Source: an uncultured Trueperaceae bacterium
GTDB lineage: Bacteria; Deinococcota; Deinococci; Deinococcales; Trueperaceae
Assembly (NCBI GenBank): GCA_963815215.1
Contig: CAWFFU010000010.1
Coordinates: 96,001 to 160,000 of the forward strand
Direction: 5' to 3'
Length of the DNA: 64,000 bases
The position numbers and the translations under genes are program-made. The first letter of the stretch is position 1. The number at the start of each line of letters is the position of its first letter. This document shows, one piece after another, positions 22,421-31,837 of the stretch. Below the pieces are notes generated by a model. It was not told where the DNA came from, did no database searches, and was given only the letters and a program-made list of their open reading frames with translations.

Positions 22421-22927
22421 ATGACATCGGCGAGAGCGCCCCAAGGTATGACGCTCCTTGAAGTCCTTCTGGTTGTGGCCGTGATGGGCCTACTGTTGGC
22501 CGCGGGCATCACCGGCCTGGGCCGGCTCAGCAAGAACCAGGCCTACCAGGGCTACGTCGCGGGTCTGGGCCAGGCCGTATCCGACGCCACCACTCGCGCG
22601 AACGAGACGAACACGGTCTATGCGCTGGCCTTCGACCAGACCGGCTACCGCTGGGGCCCGGTCGGTGGCACGGTCGCGGCCTGCACCGGGGCCTCCTCGG
22701 CGCCCACCATCGGCACAGCGGTCCTCCAGCGCTCGGCTCCGGCCGGCGTGGCGACGTCACCGAGCGGCTGGCTGTGCTTCTCGGCGCCGGGGCTGGTCGG
22801 CAGGCTGACGGCACTCGGTGCGACGTGCGCCTACAAGAGCTACACCTTCCCATGCCTGACGTTCTCGGGCGTCGGGAAGGACGAGCACATGTTCATCTCG
22901 GTGGGGGGCCAGGTGGTGGTCCAGTGA
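22421..22927 (+). CDS. Type IV prepilin-like protein (FimT/FimU-like), cassette 1
   Basis: QG|MTLLEVLLVVAVMGLL class III signal; four Cys. Confidence 0.85.
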   Translation: MTSARAPQGMTLLEVLLVVAVMGLLLAAGITGLGRLSKNQAYQGYVAGLGQAVSDATTRANETNTVYALAFDQTGYRWGPVGGTVAACTGASSAPTIGTAVLQRSAPAGVATSPSGWLCFSAPGLVGRLTALGATCAYKSYTFPCLTFSGVGKDEHMFISVGGQVVVQ

Positions 22928-23382
22928 GGCGCGCTGAGGGTTTCACGCTCATCGAGGTGATGGTCGCGCTCGCGATCCTCCTGGTCGTCATCGCGGCAGC
23001 CGCCGGCGTGTACGTGACGGGTTTCCGTTCGAACGCTCGGACGCAGCTCACCACGCAGGCGAGCCAGGTGCTGGCGGGTCTGGCCGGACAGGTCACGCAG
23101 CACCAGATCACCGTGACGGCAGGCACATCGCAGATCATCGTCTACGACCAGGGGCCCTCGCCGCAGGCGGTCGCGGTGACCCCGGCACCGTCGAGTTGCA
23201 GCAGCTACCTGAGCACCGACCACACCCACCTGTGCGCCACCGTCAGCAACGTGGACACCTTCGACCCCACCACGAGTGGAGGGGTCGCGCTGCTGGCGAA
23301 CGCCATGAGCCACTACAACATCAAGGTCTGCTGGCCGATCCAGGGGGGGACGAGCTGTGCTGAAGCCAACACGCTCTACTGA
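22924..23382 (+). CDS. Minor pilin (PilV-like), cassette 1
   Basis: EG|FTLIEVMVALAIL; GTGA overlap with previous gene. Confidence 0.85.
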   Translation: MRRAEGFTLIEVMVALAILLVVIAAAAGVYVTGFRSNARTQLTTQASQVLAGLAGQVTQHQITVTAGTSQIIVYDQGPSPQAVAVTPAPSSCSSYLSTDHTHLCATVSNVDTFDPTTSGGVALLANAMSHYNIKVCWPIQGGTSCAEANTLY

Positions 23383-24268
23383 AGGGTTCACCCTCATCGA
23401 AGTGCTGGTGGCGGCGGCCATCCTCATCGTCGTCCTAGGGATCGTGACGCGCGGGTTGGTCGGCTACCTGGGCTACACGGGCGACGTCCAGGCCAACACC
23501 GACGTCCAGACCCAGCTCAGGCGCACCATGGAGCTCGTCACCCAGGACCTGCGCAACGCGAGCTTCGGCATGCTCGCGCCCACGCCCTACCCGTCGGACC
23601 AGCACGACGTGTCGTTCATGCAGATGGATGAGACCAGTGCCTACCAGGTGCTCAAGGGCAGTGCCACGGGGTCGCAAGGGTTCCAGAACGCCGACAACTT
23701 CCAGGTCGTCGCGCCCTCCAACCTTGATTGGACCAGCGGCGACCTCGTGCTCCTCCTCAGCTCGCATAGCGGTCAAGGCACGGCCTTGGTGCTGTCGAAG
23801 GACCCCGGCATGACGGGTCACGACTGGACCGCGGTCCACTCCAACCAGGCCAACACCATCTGCTGGGACCAGGACATGCTCGCCGTGAAGGCGACCGCCC
23901 TGGGGTACCGCTACGACGCCGCCAACAAGCTGCTCATCCGCGGCACCGGCGTGAACGTGGCCGGCACCTCGTCGGGGTCGCAGCTGGCCACCGTCGTCGA
24001 GCAGCCCGTCGCCTTCAACGTCGACGGTTTCGACCTGGGGTACATCGCGGCGAACGGTACCCAGTACACCTCGCTCGCCAGCGTGCCGAGCGGCATCCGC
24101 GTCGTGCGCGTGGCCATCACGTTGAAGATGAGCAGCAAGGCCGAGCACCGTACCGTCGCCAAATCCCTTACCAGCTACGTCGAGCTGCCCCAGCAGTTCA
24201 CGCTCACCTCCCAGCCGCTCGACTTCGTCGAGGCCGTGCAAGGGAGCCCGAACGTCGCATGCCCATGA
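23357..24268 (+). CDS. Minor pilin (PilW-like), cassette 1
   Basis: EG|FTLIEVLVAAAIL, TQDLRNA. Confidence 0.85.
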   Translation: MLKPTRSTEGFTLIEVLVAAAILIVVLGIVTRGLVGYLGYTGDVQANTDVQTQLRRTMELVTQDLRNASFGMLAPTPYPSDQHDVSFMQMDETSAYQVLKGSATGSQGFQNADNFQVVAPSNLDWTSGDLVLLLSSHSGQGTALVLSKDPGMTGHDWTAVHSNQANTICWDQDMLAVKATALGYRYDAANKLLIRGTGVNVAGTSSGSQLATVVEQPVAFNVDGFDLGYIAANGTQYTSLASVPSGIRVVRVAITLKMSSKAEHRTVAKSLTSYVELPQQFTLTSQPLDFVEAVQGSPNVACP

Positions 24269-24279
24269 GAGGAGTTGCC

Positions 24280-26271
24280 ATGCCCCCCCTACGCCGCCAA
24301 CGAGGCTTCGCCATGGTCACGGCGCTCCTGTTCGTCGCCGTGCTGTCGATCCTGACCGGGATGGTCGCGCTGTTCGCCGTCAACAACGCTCGCCACACCA
24401 AGTCCAACGTTCTGATCAGCAGGACGCTGGCCGTAGCGCAGGGCGCCCGGAACCTGGGCGCCGCCTTGCTCAGCCAGACCATCAGCAAGCAGCTCGGCAA
24501 CGAGATCGACGCCGAGGCGCAGTCGGGCACCCTCGGCGGCAACGGCACCTGGGTGTTCGACCCGACCAACACGCAACAGAACTCTGCGACACCCGATCCG
24601 AACGCGGTGATCGGGAACCTGCAGACGCTGGCGACGAACCTCCAGCAGGGCCTTTCGGACGGCGGCTGCTACGGTCCGTACGCACTGTCCAGCGGCGAGC
24701 AGATCCTGATACGCGTCACCTTCACCGGGGCCCTGCCCAAGTGTGACGGCAGTGGCACCTCCACCAGCGTGAAGATCGGCTACGGGCGCTTCCTGAGCGG
24801 CTCGCGCTCGAGCACCCAGTCGTACACGTTGCCCTACGTGATGGTGGTCTCGGGCGTCGAGGGCAGCGCCAAGCGCACGTTGACGCTCACGGGCCAGTAC
24901 AACTTCGACGTGGGCAACGGCAGCTTCTCGCGCTACGCCCTGTTCACCGACTCCGAGCAAGTGGCGAGCGGCAGCTACAACTTCCTGACGGGCGCGTACC
25001 TGTTCGACGGCCCGGTCCACACCAACGGTAATTTCGCCTTCTATGGCAACCAGTACGACAAGAACACTCCGGGAACGGGGCAGCCGTACTTCTTCGGGAA
25101 GGTCGGCAGTGCAGGGGTCACGGACCACGGGACGCCGGGCGCGTACTTCTTGCCTTCGAACGGTGGGTATGCGCGGTTCCGGAATCCGAGCCAGCTCGCG
25201 ACGCCTTCCTACCGCGGCACGACCCCGAGCTTCCAGAAGGGCGTCGACTGGCAGGCCCCCAACATCCCGCTCCCGACCAATGACACGGACCAGGCGGCCG
25301 GCGCCAAGAGCAACGGGCTGTACATCAACGGCGGCGTCGCCTCGATCCAGCTCTTCGCCGGCGACGATGCCGGCAACACGCTGGTACAGGACCCGCAGAC
25401 GAAGGCGTGGCAGCCGGCGGCCGGCGCCACCGCCACCGTCTACCAGTACATCAAGGTGTGCGCCACCGCCACCAAGTGCAGCCTGTACCGCTCCTACGTC
25501 GACCCGGCAACCAACAACAAGGTCCTGGCGCTTCAGCAGAGCGACGGTACCTGGCTCGACCAGGTCTCGCCCTTCAACGGCGTGATCTACGCCAAGGGGA
25601 ACGTCGCGTCGTTCAGCGGCCCGGCCCGTCCCGTCGGCGCCACCGACGCCAGCACCACGCCGCCCGCGGTCGCCGCCTTCTCGCAACTCGACCTGGTCAG
25701 CAGCCTGGACGTGCGCGTGACGGGTGACCTCAAGTATCAGGACCCGGTGTGTGACGGCACCCTGCATCGCGACCCCGCGACGGGCACACCGATCCGGCCG
25801 ACCTGCCAGAACGACCCGGCGGCCGTGCAGAACGTGCTCGGTATCTACGCTTCGGGCACGGGCGGCGGCCAGGCGAGCTGCAGCTTCCCGCAGGGGACGG
25901 GCTCGAATGGCAAGGGCAACGTCTGCTTCGGCTACAGCTTCAGCGATCCTTCGCTGAGCGCGCCCTCCAACCTCGAGGTCGACGCCAGCATCATGGCGGC
26001 GAACAAGGTCGACATGGAGCACTACGCGACCGCTCCCGTCCGGGGCACGCTGTCGATCCTCGGCGGCGTCATCACCAAGTACGACGGCGTGTTCGGCGTG
26101 TTCAACCCGTACAGCGGAGCGCAGCTCAACGGCGTGCTGCCGCGCTTCACCTACGACCCGCGCTTCGACAACGGCCTGGCGCCGCCGCTGTTCCCCCAGG
26201 CCGGGCAGCCCAAGTTGACGGGCACGGTGGCTCCGATCATCTACAGCCAGACCGAGCAGGTGGCGAACTGA
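24280..26271 (+). CDS. Large PilX-N-terminal pilin (DUF4900-like), cassette 1
   Basis: RG|FAMVT (no Glu5), FSRYALFTD, LFDGPVHTNG, FTYDPR...APPLFP; GGAG RBS. Confidence 0.8.
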   Translation: MPPLRRQRGFAMVTALLFVAVLSILTGMVALFAVNNARHTKSNVLISRTLAVAQGARNLGAALLSQTISKQLGNEIDAEAQSGTLGGNGTWVFDPTNTQQNSATPDPNAVIGNLQTLATNLQQGLSDGGCYGPYALSSGEQILIRVTFTGALPKCDGSGTSTSVKIGYGRFLSGSRSSTQSYTLPYVMVVSGVEGSAKRTLTLTGQYNFDVGNGSFSRYALFTDSEQVASGSYNFLTGAYLFDGPVHTNGNFAFYGNQYDKNTPGTGQPYFFGKVGSAGVTDHGTPGAYFLPSNGGYARFRNPSQLATPSYRGTTPSFQKGVDWQAPNIPLPTNDTDQAAGAKSNGLYINGGVASIQLFAGDDAGNTLVQDPQTKAWQPAAGATATVYQYIKVCATATKCSLYRSYVDPATNNKVLALQQSDGTWLDQVSPFNGVIYAKGNVASFSGPARPVGATDASTTPPAVAAFSQLDLVSSLDVRVTGDLKYQDPVCDGTLHRDPATGTPIRPTCQNDPAAVQNVLGIYASGTGGGQASCSFPQGTGSNGKGNVCFGYSFSDPSLSAPSNLEVDASIMAANKVDMEHYATAPVRGTLSILGGVITKYDGVFGVFNPYSGAQLNGVLPRFTYDPRFDNGLAPPLFPQAGQPKLTGTVAPIIYSQTEQVAN

Positions 26272-26336
26272 CGGATGCGGTTCCCGGAACGCCGCGAAGG
26301 CGGCCGGGTTCTCATGGTTCGGTGCGTGTACTACGT

Positions 26337-26383
26337 GGATCGGAGGGGCTGCCGGCTCCGTGCGCCGGCGGCCCCTCCGATCC
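26337..26383. terminator. Long hairpin between convergent genes (bidirectional terminator candidate)
   Basis: GGATCGGAGGGGCTGCCGGC-7nt-GCCGGCGGCCCCTCCGATCC, 20-bp stem with one G-U. Confidence 0.65.
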
Positions 26384-26421
26384 TTGGCCGGTGATCCCGC
26401 CCGATGCGCACGAGACGGTGC

Positions 26422-27720
26422 TCAGGACTCGGTCCCGGCGGCCGTCATCGGCCGCTCACGTGCCCGGCGGATGTCGCCGCGATGCGGACGCAGGCTGAGG
26501 GTGGCGACCAGCCCGAGCACACCCAGCGTGAACAGGCCGGTGCGGACCCCCAGGTGGCCGGCGAGCTGCGTGGCGAGCAACGCGCCGAACGGGATCAGGC
26601 CGGCGAACACCAGCATGTAGACGCTCATGGCGCGCCCGCGCAGGGCGTCGGGCACCATCAACTGCACGGTGGCCTGGGCGTTGACCATGGTGAGGATCAT
26701 CCCCAGGCCGCACGCGACCAGCACCAGCGCGGCCGTCCACAGGTTGGGCGCGAGCGTGAACAGCAGGAACGATACGCCCAGCACCAGCACGCCGCGCCGC
26801 ATCAGCATGAGGCGGGCCTCGTCCGGGAAGGCGGCGTTGATCACGAAGGCGATGAAGGCGCCGATGCCCAGGCTGGAGAGCAGCAGACCCAGACTGCCGA
26901 CCGTGCCGTGCAGCGCCTGGCGCGCGAACAGCGGCACGATGGTCTGGAAGTTGACGATGGTGAGGGAGAGGGCACCGACCAGGAGCGTGGCGATCCGCAC
27001 CTCCGGGGTGCGCCAGGTGAACCTGAGGCCCTCCCGGATCTCGCTCACGATGTGATGGGGCACGATGGTGCGGTTCGGTAGGGGAGCCAGCGCCAGCACG
27101 ACGATGACGCCGAGGTAGGAGGTGGCATTGATGGCGAAGGCGGGCCCGTAGCGCAGCAGCGACGCATGCCCCAGCAGATGACCGAACAGCCCGATGGCGC
27201 CGGCGGCCACCACCGGTCCCAGCAGACGTGCCAGGTTGAACGACAGCGAGTTGAGGGCGACGGCGTTGCGCACGTCGTCGCGCGGGACCAGATCGGGGAT
27301 CAGGCTCTGGCGCGCCGGCGTGTCGAAGGTGCCGGCGATGCCGTTGAATGCCGCCAGCACCAGCAGCCAGCCGTAGGTCAGCGCCCCGGTGAGGGTCAGC
27401 ACCGCCATCGTCGCGGCCGACAGGGCCAGCGCGCTCTGGGTGGTAAGCAATACGTGCTTGCGGGAGCGAGCATCGATGACCACGCCCGCGAACAGCCCGA
27501 GCACCAGCGTCGGGGCGAACTGGATGGCGCCGACGTAGCCGAATTTGAGCGCGGCCTCCGTGGGATCGGGGATCAAGTCGAACACCAGCCATGACTGCGC
27601 CGTGATCTGCATCCACGAGCCGACGACGCTGGCCAGCTGCGCCAGCCAGTAGCGCCGGAAGAAGCGGTGCCTGAGCGCGTCCAGCGAGTGCGGGAAACGG
27701 CCGATGATGGGGCGCGCCAT
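26422..27720 (-). CDS. MFS transporter (MFS_3/DHA3-like)
   Basis: FRRYWLAQLASVVGSWMQ, FDTPARQS, NAVALNSLSFNLARLLGP, LRGRAMS. Confidence 0.88.
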   Translation of the reverse strand: MARPIIGRFPHSLDALRHRFFRRYWLAQLASVVGSWMQITAQSWLVFDLIPDPTEAALKFGYVGAIQFAPTLVLGLFAGVVIDARSRKHVLLTTQSALALSAATMAVLTLTGALTYGWLLVLAAFNGIAGTFDTPARQSLIPDLVPRDDVRNAVALNSLSFNLARLLGPVVAAGAIGLFGHLLGHASLLRYGPAFAINATSYLGVIVVLALAPLPNRTIVPHHIVSEIREGLRFTWRTPEVRIATLLVGALSLTIVNFQTIVPLFARQALHGTVGSLGLLLSSLGIGAFIAFVINAAFPDEARLMLMRRGVLVLGVSFLLFTLAPNLWTAALVLVACGLGMILTMVNAQATVQLMVPDALRGRAMSVYMLVFAGLIPFGALLATQLAGHLGVRTGLFTLGVLGLVATLSLRPHRGDIRRARERPMTAAGTES

Positions 27721-27845
27721 GACCGCCCAGCATACTTCCGATCGGTAGCGAAGTGGGTGCGCCACGGCGCCGCGCCGCCTCGGGTGAGCGGAGGCGTTCC
27801 CCGAGGCGCGTGGGTTCAGCTCTGCATCGTCAGGGACGCTTTATC

Positions 27846-27896
27846 ATGAGCGAATATGAAAACCGTGAGAATCTTGTAAGAACCCGCAGCTATCAT
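27846..27896 (+). promoter_or_regulatory. Four helically phased RTRAR direct repeats plus -10 TATCAT upstream of pilin cassette 2
   Basis: ATGAG 27846, ATGAA 27856, GTGAG 27865, GTAAG 27876, TATCAT 27891, in an AT-rich island. Confidence 0.5.
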
Positions 27897-28395
27897 GGTT
27901 ACAGCTATGGACTCTACCCGTCTCCCGTCTCGCCTGAGCCGACGCACCGCTGCGTTCAGCCTGATCGAGTTCCTCATCCTCCTGGCGATCCTGGGCTTGA
28001 TCGCCGGCGTCGTGGTCGTCAGCGGCCGGCGTGTCCTCGCCGGCCAGGACGAGAAGGCGGCCCTCACCTCGGTGCGCCAGAGCGTGTGGGAGGGGGCGAC
28101 GGCCGCGGCTTCGCGCGGGGTCGACACCGTGTTGGTTCGCACCGCGACCGGGCTGGCGGTGCGCGAAGTAGGGGGTACCACCGATCTCAGGACGTTCGCG
28201 CTCCCCGCGTCGGTGACGACCAACCTGCCTGCGGCTTCCGGCGCGTCCGGCACGGTGGTGTTGAGGTTCACGCCTCCAGGTCGCGTCGACCTCGCCACGC
28301 TCCAGGCCCTGCCTTCGCCGCTCACGCTGACCGTCAATGGACATACCTACAAGCTCCAGGTCTCCATCATCGGAGAGGTCAAGGCGACGTCGTGA
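27895..28395 (+). CDS. Type IV prepilin-like protein (FimT-like), cassette 2
   Basis: AA|FSLIEFLILLAILGLI; start may be 27907. Confidence 0.8.
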   Translation: MVTAMDSTRLPSRLSRRTAAFSLIEFLILLAILGLIAGVVVVSGRRVLAGQDEKAALTSVRQSVWEGATAAASRGVDTVLVRTATGLAVREVGGTTDLRTFALPASVTTNLPAASGASGTVVLRFTPPGRVDLATLQALPSPLTLTVNGHTYKLQVSIIGEVKATS

Positions 28396-28868
28396 GACGC
28401 ACGGCGGCCACCCGGGGCCTGACGGTCATCGAGGTGCTCATCGCGCTGGCCGTGATCGGCGTGATCACTGCGACCTTCACCACAACGGTGGTCTCCACCC
28501 TCCACCACTCCTCGGTCACGGGCGCCCGCACCGAGGCGGTGCAGGTCCTCAACTACCTGGGGCGCCGCGCCGCCGGGGGCGACACGGTGGTCCTCCCGGC
28601 AGCCGGAACGCCCAACACCTGGGCCTACGGTTCCCTGGCGTCCACCTTCCCCGACCTCACCAACCAGGGGGGTCTGACCGATCCCGCACGCTACCGGGCA
28701 GCCATCACCAACGCCGGCACTGTCACGCTCGCGGGAGCCAGCTCCGTCGAGTACGACGTCAACGTGTGCTACCAGGCCGGGGGCGGGGAGCACTGCGTGC
28801 AGGCCACCACACTGGGTCCGGCGCCCTCGTCCGGCGGCAGCACGCCGCTGCTGCCGGGGATCTACTAG
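28392..28868 (+). CDS. Minor pilin (PilV-like), cassette 2
   Basis: RG|LTVIEVLIALAVIG; C-terminal VCY...HC Cys pair as in cassette 1. Confidence 0.85.
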   Translation: MRRTAATRGLTVIEVLIALAVIGVITATFTTTVVSTLHHSSVTGARTEAVQVLNYLGRRAAGGDTVVLPAAGTPNTWAYGSLASTFPDLTNQGGLTDPARYRAAITNAGTVTLAGASSVEYDVNVCYQAGGGEHCVQATTLGPAPSSGGSTPLLPGIY

Positions 28869-28876
28869 GAGCTGCG

Positions 28877-29764
28877 ATGCGACGATCCAGTGGTTTCACC
28901 CTCCTCGAGGCGCTCATCGCGTTGGCGATCTTCTCGCTGATCGCCGTCATGGCGACGACCGGCGTTTCCGGGGCGCTGCGCGCCCAGAGCCTCAACGAAG
29001 CGGTGGTGTCCTCGCAGTCGCGCCTCCGACGCGTCACCGAGGTGTTCACGCAGGAGCTGCGCAGCGCGGTGCTGGGCGGCGTCTCGAACGCCCCCTACCC
29101 CTCGAACGACCATCAGGTCTCGTTCGTCACCCTCAACGGCGGCGCCGGCGACCCGGTGACGCCGCATGACTCCGGCCACAACGCCAGCTTCTCCAACGCG
29201 GCGAACTTCGATCTGCTGTGGGGCGACACCGCAGTCGACCCGGCCACGGTGCTCACCGGGCATCACGTGCTGCTGGTGAACGACAACGGCGAGGCGATCG
29301 TGTTCAAGGTCACCAACGTCACCCTCCAGGGCACCGGGACCTACAACGTGGTCCATGCGGGTTGCAGCAACACCATCGCCTACACCGACAGCCGAACCAT
29401 GAGCATGCAGAGCCGCGCCATCGGGTTCCGCTTCGATGCCGCCAGCGGCACCCTGTACATGACCGAGGGCTCGGATCCCGAGGTGCCGGTGGCGTTCGAT
29501 CTCAGCTCCGTGAAGATCCAGTACGTCTACGTCACCGGCACCGGCGGCACCGTGGTGCGCACCACGCCGCTGACCAGCAGCACCGGGCAACCGGTGCGCA
29601 CGGGGACCATCGGCGGGCAGCCGGCCACGCTGCAGAGGATCGGCATCGCGGTGTCCGGGTCCAATCGCGCTAATGGCAGGCAGGTCGCCCGCACCGTCAG
29701 TAGCCAGGTCGAGATGGCCTCCAGGCACAGCTTCACGATCAACCAGGTGACGATATGCAACTGA
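28877..29764 (+). CDS. Minor pilin (PilW-like), cassette 2
   Basis: SG|FTLLEALIALAIF, TQELRSA, PYPSNDHQVSF (PYPSDQHDVSF in cassette 1). Confidence 0.85.
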   Translation: MRRSSGFTLLEALIALAIFSLIAVMATTGVSGALRAQSLNEAVVSSQSRLRRVTEVFTQELRSAVLGGVSNAPYPSNDHQVSFVTLNGGAGDPVTPHDSGHNASFSNAANFDLLWGDTAVDPATVLTGHHVLLVNDNGEAIVFKVTNVTLQGTGTYNVVHAGCSNTIAYTDSRTMSMQSRAIGFRFDAASGTLYMTEGSDPEVPVAFDLSSVKIQYVYVTGTGGTVVRTTPLTSSTGQPVRTGTIGGQPATLQRIGIAVSGSNRANGRQVARTVSSQVEMASRHSFTINQVTICN

Positions 29765-31632
29765 GGACACGTGAACACGGGGTCGCCATGCTCTACGCGT
29801 TGCTGCTGATGGTGGTGGTGATGGGGGTCGCCACGCTGATGTTCGCCCGCACGCTGGGCGAGATCAAGCACAGCGGCGACGACGCCGGCATCGTGCAGTC
29901 GCTGATGCTGGCGCGCGGCGCCGCCAACCTCGGCGGGACCGTCCTGCAGCAGCCCGTGCGCAACGCGCTGCAGGCGATCGTCCAGAGTCAGTCGAGCACC
30001 AGCTCGCAGTGGTCGTTCGGCACCAGCTCGGTCAAGGCCACGGTCCCGGATCCCATCAGCGTCATGAACGCGCTGAGCGTGGGATCGGGGAGCGTCGCGG
30101 GATTGTTGCAGCAACAGATCGACAGCATGGTGTGCGGGCAGTCGGTCGATGCAGCCTCCGGGGGCTCGGGGTCGATGCGGATCTACGTCACCGCCCAGGC
30201 CTGCGGCCAGTCGTTGCCCACGAACGTGACCCTGCCGGCCGCACACTTCGTGACGGGCCTGCCGAGGTCCGGCAGCAACACCGACACCGAGCAGACCTAC
30301 GCGCTGCCGTTCGTGCTGGTCGCCGACGGCGCCGTGGGCTCCTACAACCGCAACGTAGTCATCCAGGGCGAGTACGACTTCATCGTTGGACGGCCGAGCT
30401 TCGCCAAGTACGCGTTGTTCACCAACGTGCACGAGCTCCCGCACAACGGCGGCGACGTGTGGTTCACCGATAACACGCTGTTCGATGGTCCTGTGCACAC
30501 CAACCAGTACTTCCGCTTCTATCACAAGCCCTGGTTCGGCGGTTTGGTCACCAGCGCCGGATGCTCGAACCCCGGCTCCGCCGACTGCAACGGCAACCCC
30601 ACCAGGATCGGCGCCGATTTCTACGACGAAGGCTTCGTCCACGATCCGGGCCCGACCCCGTCGTACAGCAACGGCTACGGCACGCACGCGCCCGAGCTGG
30701 CGGCCGGGGTGGACTGGAGCAGCGGCTACGTGCAGCTTCCTCAACGGTCGAACGATCAGCAGAGCGCGGCGCAGGCGGACGGGCTGGACTTCGGCGGCGA
30801 TCTGTCCTACCTCCAGATGTGGGCGGCCGACGCCAGCGGCGACCCGTTGACCAAGGACGCCAGCGGCAACTGGGGACCCGCGGCCACCTACCAGTACATC
30901 CAGGCGTGCACCAGCAGCTGCACGGTCTATCGCTACGGAAGTGACAACGTACTCTACGAGCAGAGGAAGAACGGGAGCTGGAAGCTGGTCCAGGCCGCCT
31001 TCAACGGCGTCATCTACGCCAACGGCAACATCGATCGCTTCACCGGGCCCTCCCGCACGCCGTCGAACAGCTCGGACCCGGCGGACGCACCTCCGGCCCT
31101 CGCCTCGTTCGCGCAGGTCACGGTGGCTTCCGAGAACACCACCCGGATCACCGGCGACCTGACCTACGAGAACCAGCCCTGCCAGGGCGAGCTGCACCGC
31201 GACAGCAAAGGCCAGGTCGTGCCGGCGACGTGCAACAATCTCGACGCCTCGAACGTGCTGGGCGTGTACGCGCAGGGCGGCGACGTGCTCATCGGGAACG
31301 ACAACAATCACTCGAGCTACAACGCTCCCAAGAACGTGACGGTCGACGGCGTGCTGATGAGCGCGAGGGGGACCGTGAGCGTCGAGTGGTACAACTACGG
31401 CTCGCCGCGAGGCGACGTCCACCTGCTCGGCGGCGTCATCGAGTACGACTACGGTGCGTTCGGAACGTTCGATGCCAACACCGGCCAGGACAGCTCCGGC
31501 TACAGCCGCAAGTTCACTTACGACCCGCGCATGGGCAAGGGCCTGGCGCCGCCCCATTTCCCGACGGTCGGCGGCGACGAGGTGAAGAACGTCAGCCTCT
31601 TCACCTACGGCCAGCGCGAACAGGTCTACTGA
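29755..31632 (+). CDS. Large PilX-N-terminal pilin (DUF4900-like), cassette 2
   Basis: HG|VAMLY (no Glu5), FAKYALFTN, LFDGPVHTNQ, FTYDPR...APPHFP. Confidence 0.8.
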   Translation: MQLRTREHGVAMLYALLLMVVVMGVATLMFARTLGEIKHSGDDAGIVQSLMLARGAANLGGTVLQQPVRNALQAIVQSQSSTSSQWSFGTSSVKATVPDPISVMNALSVGSGSVAGLLQQQIDSMVCGQSVDAASGGSGSMRIYVTAQACGQSLPTNVTLPAAHFVTGLPRSGSNTDTEQTYALPFVLVADGAVGSYNRNVVIQGEYDFIVGRPSFAKYALFTNVHELPHNGGDVWFTDNTLFDGPVHTNQYFRFYHKPWFGGLVTSAGCSNPGSADCNGNPTRIGADFYDEGFVHDPGPTPSYSNGYGTHAPELAAGVDWSSGYVQLPQRSNDQQSAAQADGLDFGGDLSYLQMWAADASGDPLTKDASGNWGPAATYQYIQACTSSCTVYRYGSDNVLYEQRKNGSWKLVQAAFNGVIYANGNIDRFTGPSRTPSNSSDPADAPPALASFAQVTVASENTTRITGDLTYENQPCQGELHRDSKGQVVPATCNNLDASNVLGVYAQGGDVLIGNDNNHSSYNAPKNVTVDGVLMSARGTVSVEWYNYGSPRGDVHLLGGVIEYDYGAFGTFDANTGQDSSGYSRKFTYDPRMGKGLAPPHFPTVGGDEVKNVSLFTYGQREQVY

Positions 31633-31837
31633 GGTCCGGTCCTTCCGGAGAGCGTGGGGCGGCGAGAGCACTCGCCGCCCCACGCGGTTCGCACTCGCGG
31701 GGGTCGTCCCGGGCCGTCGACCTGTGAACCGTCACGCGGCCGCCGACGGACCGCAGCTATGCTGGGCCAACGGAGCTCCGGATGGAGGTTGTGGCCGGTA
31801 GGGCGTGGGGTCGCCTCGGCGCATCGGGAGGTGGACG

